This document shows positions 14,909 through 64,000 of a stretch of 64,000 bases of DNA, piece by piece. The notes under the pieces are model-generated. The model saw nothing but the letters and a program-made list of their open reading frames with translations, was not told the origin of the DNA and ran no database searches. The stretch lies in assembly GCF_009914755.1 (NCBI RefSeq), contig NC_060929.1; one strand, given 5' to 3'. Both the position numbers and the translations under genes were made by a program. Within the stretch, counting starts at the first letter, position 1. Every line of letters begins with the position of its first letter. This stretch comes from the human T2T-CHM13v2.0 reference genome, Homo sapiens.

Positions 14909-15426
14909 GGCGGCAGCAGGAGCGACCAACTGATCGCACACATGCTTTGTTTGGATATGGAGTGAACACAATTATGTACCAAATTTAACTTGGCAAACTT
15001 TCTATTGCCTGTCCCATGTGCATCTTATTTAAAATTTCCCCCATGGAAATCACTCTCCTGTTGACTATTTCCAGAGCTCTAGGTGTTTAGGCAGCGTGTG
15101 GTGTCTGAGAGGCCATAGCGCCATCATGGGCTGATTTTTATTACCAGGTCCCCCAGAAGCAGGTGAGAGGCTCTGCTTCCTGCTGCCGCTCTGCAGCCTG
15201 GACCTGTGGACCCTGGTTGTAAAGAGTAAATTGTATCTTAGGAAACCAGTGTCACCTTTTTTTCACCTTTTAATTTTATATTATTTGCGTCATACATTTC
15301 CTGTAACGGAAGTGTTAATTTTACTGTACTTTTTGGTACCTTTTGGGAATCTAATGTATTGTAAGGTATTTTACACGTGTCCTGATTTTGCCACAACCTG
15401 GATATTGAAGCTATCCAAGCTTTTGA

Positions 15427-15432
15427 AATAAA
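15427..15432 (+). terminator. HNRNPAB polyadenylation signal AATAAA
   Basis: AATAAA at the end of a U-rich 3' UTR with upstream TGTA motifs, followed by GT-rich sequence at about 15453-15478. Confidence 0.85.
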
Positions 15433-16204
15433 ATTTAAAAACCCCCAAGCCTGGGTGAGTGTGGGATATGCTGTGTGAGACCTCTTGCTCAGGGTCGAGG
15501 GAGGCGGGGGGGGGTGCCAGGTGCCCTGGACTTGGGGCTTTCTCCTGCAGCAGGCTCTTCCAGCTGCAGGCCCAGTTGTGGGGGTATCCTTTAAGGACTG
15601 CCCTGCCTAGGGCTGAGCCCCCCTTCAAAGAAAGGAATGAGAGGCCTATGGGGAGTGAGGATGGGGCAGTGATGAGGGCTTACATCCCCAGCAGGCATGT
15701 CCCCTCCTGGGACACCTTGGAACACCAACCTTCTTGGCTGATGAATGAAAAAATGGGATTCTTTACACACTAGGGCAGTGCCAGGGCCGTCTGAATTGGG
15801 GCACAATAGTGCTCCTCCTGGCTGGTGAAGAAAAGCCTGCTCTGGCAGGGGATGTTTATTGGCTGGATTGGAGCCCAACTCCAGGTCTGGTATTTAGGGC
15901 ATAAGACTAGGTGGTTACAAGAGGCAAGGGTGGGTTGGGGTTCCACGTGGATACAGCCCCATAGGTTTCAAGGGAGGATATAGCTGTTCCTGCCATCAAG
16001 TGCAAGCTAAGCATTGGAGAATTTCCAGTGTTGAAGAAACTAACCTTTGGGAAGGAGCATCAGTCAGAACAAAAAAAAGTCTTAAAAAAAGGCTCAGCTT
16101 GCCGAGGCTGCTTGCTGCTGATGGTAAGGAACCCGCTGTGCATCTTCAAGAGTAAGAAGCAAGGCCCACTCACCTGGAGTACACTTAGGCAGAGCAGGGC
16201 TGGC

Positions 16205-36833
<20,629 letters not shown>

Positions 36834-37940
36834 GGTGGGTGGCCGTCAGTCGGTGCCGTGACGCCACGCGGAGACGTCGCCGCGCGGGCTGGGCCTCCAA
36901 GGCCCCGCTCCGGGCCCCGCCCCTGCCTGGGTCGGGATTTGGGGCTCAGGTTCGCACTCGGCCCCGCCCCGAAGCGCCCGCGTTGCGGTGGTTCATTTCT
37001 TCGCTTGCCCACTGGGCCTGGCAGCCTTCCGGCCCGTGGTCGTGCCTTGGCAGTCCCGCGCAGGAACTCGAGCGCTGCCCCGTCTCTGGTTCCGGGACGC
37101 GCCCCGGGCCTCGCCCCGCAGGCCCCGCCCCGCAGGCCCCTGCGGCCTCCCTTCCGGGAAAGGGTCCCGGACGACCCCGCCCCTGCTCCCGGCGCCCAGG
37201 CGGGGCTCGGAGCTCCTGCAGGCCTTCTCTGGGCCAGACTCAGTCTTTGAGTCGCCTTGTGCATAAAATGGGATGAACTGTGAGGCCTAAGTGCGAGTAT
37301 GTGACTGGTACCTTACCCGGGCCTGGTACACAGTAGGGGCCTCAGGGTGGGAGAAGCAGGTCCTAGGTTTTCCCAGCCCCATGAAGGGGCAGCAGGAAGA
37401 GCAGAAGGAGAGCCCAGGGTCCCTTCTGGGGCTGACCAAGGAGATCACCATGGGCTTGACCTTCAGGGCACCATAGTTCCTGCTAGAATCTAGGCAGGGT
37501 GAACCGGACGAGCTGTATCGTCGCTGAGAGAATCATGCAGCGTTTGGGCAAGAAGAGAGGTTGGGAATCCTCCTTGTGGTACATGTCGGTGACCCTGAAG
37601 CCCAGAAAGGGAAAGGGTTTTGTTGTCAGACACGCAGCAAGGCTGCAGAGGCTGGACTCCTACTGAGGTCTTCTTGACTCCCAGCCCAGGGAGTGAGAAG
37701 AAAAAGCCTCCCAAGGGGCTGGGATATGAGAGAAAAGCCCCCTCCTGGGGTGAGGCACTGGGGCTTTCTGCCTTGAAGAACCCTGGAACACGGGCCTGGG
37801 ACTGCAGCAGGTGCAGGGGAGGCTCCTGATTGTCCCTTCTTTCTGTCCACATCATGATTCCCAGGCCTCTGCTTCACTCCCTCATTGCTGATTTCTTCTT
37901 CTCTTCCCAATACAGTTGTAAGATGCATAAGGCATTTATT

Positions 37941-38023
37941 GAACTCTTGACCTCAGATGATCTGCCTGCCTCGGCCTCCCAGAGTGCTGGGATTACAGGC
38001 CGGGTGAGCCACCGCACCCGGCC
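37941..38023 (-). mobile_element. 3'-truncated (tailless) Alu fragment with flanking direct repeats
   Basis: First ~80 nt of Alu; flanks gc(a/t)taaggcatttatt. Confidence 0.85.
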
Positions 38024-38947
38024 GCTTAAGGCATTTATTAAAGAACATTTGGAGTTTCTTTTTTCTTTATTGTGTAAAATATACATAACAAAATTTTACC
38101 ATTTTAACCATTTTTAAGGATACAATTCAGTGGCAAAAGTACATTCACATCGTCGTGCAGCCATCACCACCATCCATGCAACAGGACTTTTTCATCTTCC
38201 CTAAAAGAATGGAATTTCTTATTTTTAACTGTAAAGCTGAATTGAATATTTTACATGATTTTTGGAAAAAATTCTTCCCAAATTAACTGCGAGGTTAACT
38301 GCTTGTGGCCTGTATTTTTTTTTTTTTTTAAAGAAAGGGTCTTATTCTGTTGTTCAGGCTGGAGTGCAGCATTGCAGTCTCTACCTCCCTGGGATCATGT
38401 GATCCTCCCATCTCAGCCTCTCAAGTACCTGCTACTACAGGTGCACGCCACCATACCCAGCCTGTACTTCGTTTCTGAGGATCAAGACCTCACAGACCGT
38501 GTGTGTGTGTGTGTATTTGTGTGTGTGTGAGTCCTATTTGGGCCCCGCCTTTCAGCCCTGTCTTGCAGCCCAAACTCCAGCCACAGCTGTGGCCCCGTGC
38601 AGCTCAGAGGAATCAGGTTGGCTCAGGGGCTTTTCCTGCTTTAAGGCAGAGGGTGAGAAGGCTGTAGCTGGGCCCGGCTAACATCTCACCTGCTCCTGGG
38701 TCAAGAGGTGATATAGTTGGAGGTCAGACCAGGTTGAGCCATTTCCTGGGCCAGGAGTATCTTATAGCATGGCACAGAACACCAGGAGGCCTCACCTTCT
38801 TCCTGCTCAGAAAAGCCCACTCCTTGTCTCTGGCCCTGTGCCAGGCACTCATCTGTCCTTTATTTCATGCCTGGCCCTCTAGGCAATGTTGGAGTCCAAG
38901 AGGGTAGGGGATGGAAGTGGCTGAGTCAGGATTTGAACCCAGGGCAT

Positions 38948-39130
38948 GGTGTTTCTCAACAGGGTTGGCACCGGGATTCTTGTTGAGATGATTTGTCACT
39001 GGGTAGGACTGTCCTATGCATTTTAGGTGTTTGCTATCCCTGGCCCTGTCCCCTGAATGCCCAGGTGTCCTGCAATCATTGTGCTAACCAGAAGCATCCC
39101 ATGTATTCCTAGTGGTCTCCTAGGGACCAG
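38948..39130. mobile_element. MER20-like DNA transposon remnant
   Basis: tttctcaac...ctgtcctatgcattttaggtgtttgctatccctggcc. Confidence 0.55.
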
Positions 39131-40198
39131 GAGGAAAGAGACCTGGTAAGTCCCCTTCACATTCATCTATAAAAAGGGATCGTCATCCTTGTGGTTAGTT
39201 TAGCTGTCATGGGACACAGCAGGACTCAGTAAATGTACTTCTCTCTCTTCCAGAAAGGGGTACTTTGAGGCTGTACTGCCTTTCTTGGCAGGAGGCCTGA
39301 GGCCCCCCAGTCCTTGAGTCTCAGCTGTGAAGCAGGGTGCTCCCCAGTGTCTCGGCTGGGACCTTGAACAAATCATTGAACCCTCTACCGCCTCTGTGCT
39401 CTCCCCGGGCACTTTGAGGACTCAGCCGACTCTACATTTTTAAGCTTGCAGTTGAAACGTTTGCAGCCATCGGGATACAAGGTATGAGACCGCAAGGGGG
39501 CAGCAGTGGGCCAAGAATGCCCCATCCTGCCTAAAGGAGCAGGAGAGACCCCCTCAGAAGACTGGGGAAGTGGGGGGAACACATGGCTTCTACCCCACGA
39601 GGATCTACCTGCCAATCACACAGCATCATGGAGCTGCCTATCAGATTCCATGCTCTGCCAGACAAGTTTCAGAAGGACGTATTAGAGGACAAACCCAAGA
39701 GCCTAGGTGCAGTCCCAAGCCTGCCACTATGTCCTGGCTGTGCATCCCTGGCCAGGTGACTACCCTCTCTGAGCCTCAGTGTTCCCCTATGTAAAATGGG
39801 CATATCGACACCTATCACACAAGCCCTGGGCTTCGCAGGGCTGGTGAGGGGATCAAGTGAGGTTCCTGGATGGAGGAAGGAGGGAACTGTGAAGTGTAGC
39901 ATGCAGATGGTGAGGTTATGCTGGAACTCCAGAGGCGGCATGGACACCCAGTGACCTCCATCAGTCATCACAGCCCCACTGTGTTTCTCTTCCTTTTCCC
40001 ACTACTGGCTTCCCTGTTGACCCAGACAACTGGCTGAGCGATGTGACCTTCCACTTATTGCCAGTTCCTTAGGGAGACAGAGGAGGGGACTGGATATATC
40101 TCTCCCTCCTTAGCCAGTGTGTGGCCGAGCCTCTTCTGCTTAGCAAGGCCATGTCACAGAAGTCTGAGGGTGACCACCCATACTGTGGCCTGCCCTAG

Positions 40199-40628
<430 letters not shown>

Positions 40629-41299
40629 ATGGCCCTTCTTGCCTAGACCACCCTGGATGTGCTTGGTTTTGTCATCTGTAAGACGGTCCCTCTCTTAGTT
40701 GTTATAGGGACCAGCTGTGATGACAGAAGTGGGAACACTTTGCAGGACTGTGGCTGTTGCTCAGCAGCCTTGGAGTCAGGAGGAGAGATGAAAATCAGAA
40801 TTGAGGGTGCTTCTGGGTGAGGGACACACCCTATACTCTTCGCATACTCTGCACTGGATCCTCACGGAACCACAATCTGAGTGGTAAGTAGTGCCCTCTC
40901 GTTTCACAGCTGAGGTGGCAGTTTGCATTTTTTCAGAGGGCTGCAACAAGATCTACGATTCCGCATTTTCTCTTTGAAATATGATGTTGACACTTTCCCG
41001 TGGAGAGGTGGGGTCTAACTCTCCTCCCTCCACTCTTTCAGAAAGTGACACCACATGACTTCTGAGACTTGGCCCTAAAAGGTGACACAGCTTCCAACTG
41101 GCTGACCTGGGACAGTCACTTTTGGAATCCAGCCACCATGTGGGAGGCAGCCTGGGTCACGTGGAGAGGCCACAAATAAGTATTTGCCATCTGAGGTCCC
41201 TGCTATAGCCATAAGCAACCATGTGAGAGTCGGAGTGAGAAGCACCCACACTGAGCCCATTAACCACAGACTGCACAAGAGAAATCAAAATGATTTTCT

Positions 41300-41573
41300 T
41301 TCTTTTTTTTTAAAGAGAGGAATTTCTCTATGTTGCTCAGGCTGATCTTTAACTTCTGGGCTCAGGCAGTCCTCCCGCTTCAGCCTGCCCAGCAGCTAGG
41401 ACCACAGGCACACATCAACCCACCCTACTAATGTTTTTTAATTCTTTACTTTTGGTAGAGATGGAGTTTCACCATGCTGCCAGCCTGGTCTCGAACTCCT
41501 GGGCTCAAGTGATCCTCCCACCTTGCCCTCCCAAAGTATTGGGATTAAAAGAATGAGCCACTGTGTCTGGCCA
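41300..41573 (-). mobile_element. AluJ-like element within MLT1-like LTR fragments
   Basis: Diverged reverse Alu. Confidence 0.75.
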
Positions 41574-41897
41574 AAATCGCCATTGTTTTAAGGCAACAAG
41601 TTTTGGAGAGATTTGTTATGCAGCAGTCTGCTAACCGCAATAGAGGAGCACACAGGGGCTCAATTTGACAGGTAGTGACTTGCCAGAGGACTCAGCTGAT
41701 GTGTGGCAGGACCAGGCAGTGAATCTGTGTCTTCCGAACTCCAAATCCCATCTTTGCCCTGACCCTGAACTTCCTCCTTTGGTTTCTGGGATGGCTCTTA
41801 CTCAGGGAGGGTCCCCTTTTCCCTCCCCACCCAGCAGTGGCCAGGATGAAACCACAGCCAGAGGTGCCCCAGGGGCAGTCCACAAGGACAGGCACAC

Positions 41898-42980
41898 CCA
41901 GACACGCACTTGTGGTTTATTACACACAGTGATCTCCATCTACACGGAAATGGAAGGCAAGCAGCCAGGATGGAGCTGGTTGCTGGGAACACTTGCTGGA
42001 GGTGGAAAAGCCTCTCGTCAGAGCGTGGGTGGGTCTGGTGGCAGGCCCCCTGCTCAGGCCAGCTGGGAACCAGCCCTGAGCTTTGCTTTGCCTGCACAGC
42101 CCACCTAGAGAGCCATTTTTGGCCAGAGTTCTGGGTGGGAGACTTGGGGCCAGTGAGACCCAGACTCTGAGTGGGAGGCCTGCCTCCCTGGTCCAGGCCA
42201 TGTCCTATCTTGTCCCTCTCTGGGTGATAATGGAAACAGAGACAGGAAGTAGCAGTCAGTCCAGGCTGGGCCCCTCCATCCTCGACACTCTGCTCCCTGG
42301 AGCTGGGTCCACATCACAGCGATCACAGAGCTCAGCCACTACTCCTGGCCAGAGGACATGTGCTCTCATGGCAGGCTGGCCTCCTGAGGCCTCCTGAATG
42401 TGGTAGAGCTAGACCCTCGTGGGGGATTTCCACTCACTGCTCCCCGGGCCCAGCCGCAAGTGCTGGGCGAGTCTTGTCCGGGGGCCAAGTCTTGTCCAAC
42501 TGCAGAGGCAGCTGGTTGTGGTTGAGTTTGGAGGCTGATGAGGCCAGGAGCAACAGCAGCCGCTGTTCCACCCCTGGGTCTTCTTGGATAGGGTGTGTCC
42601 CAGGGACTCCAGAGTTTTGCGGGGGCAGGTTCTTACAGGGCAGTACCACAGCTGAGAGTCTCTCTGCTGATCAGGTGACTGAAGGCCCAACGTAGCATCT
42701 TTCTAGCCTTGCCCGAGCCAGGTGCTTCTACCTTCATCTCCTTCCTGGGAAAGCCCAGGCCCAAGGGTGCCCCTCAGGTACACATCTCCCTGGTCTGGCC
42801 TGTCCACTTTCCGGCAGCTTCACATGCCGGTGGCTTTGGGGCTGGGTGGGCATACTCTTGAATGTTAAAAGGCCACAGGTAGCGCATTCCATGAAAAAAG
42901 ATCAATATATTACTGTTTTGTTTTTACAAAAATTAAAAATGTCCACACGGATCTGTACAGGTGTGAGCTGGGCCTGTGGG

Positions 42981-42983
<3 letters not shown>
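41898..42983 (-). other. COL23A1: COL23A1 terminal exon (TGA plus 3' UTR); 3' end approximate
   Basis: Acceptor cttcctccttttccag|TGA; minus-strand AATAAA at 41916-41921. Confidence 0.85.
41916..41921 (-). terminator. COL23A1 polyadenylation signal AATAAA
   Basis: TTTATT on the + strand; GT-rich sequence downstream on the minus strand. Confidence 0.8.
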
Positions 42984-63990
<21,007 letters not shown>

Positions 63991-64000
63991 CTGGGGGAGG

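Overview
Human (primate) genomic DNA, Alu-rich, recognised from the spliced proteins as the HNRNPAB-PHYKPL-COL23A1 locus (chr5q35.3, from recall). I rebuilt the exons by hand from GT-AG sites. HNRNPAB (+, CDS 9129-14908) has 7 coding exons, 999 nt = 332 aa, or 285 aa without a 141-nt cassette. PHYKPL/AGXT2L2 (-, CDS 36833-16205) has 12 coding exons, 1353 nt = 450 aa. The 3' part of COL23A1 (-) has 17 phase-0 coding exons plus a terminal exon that starts with the stop codon. PHYKPL's last exon appears to lie inside HNRNPAB intron 5, so the two genes interdigitate. The rest is Alu, L1, L2/MIR, LTR and DNA-transposon sequence, microsatellites and a 55-bp VNTR. No prokaryote-type system (CRISPR, operon) is present, and I cannot establish a new biological system from sequence alone. 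The best leads are three candidate cryptic or poison exons, the HNRNPAB/PHYKPL antisense overlap with an alternative non-overlapping 3' end, a templated-insertion scar in an L1, a tailless Alu and a triplicated target site. Repeat boundaries and subfamily calls are by eye and approximate.
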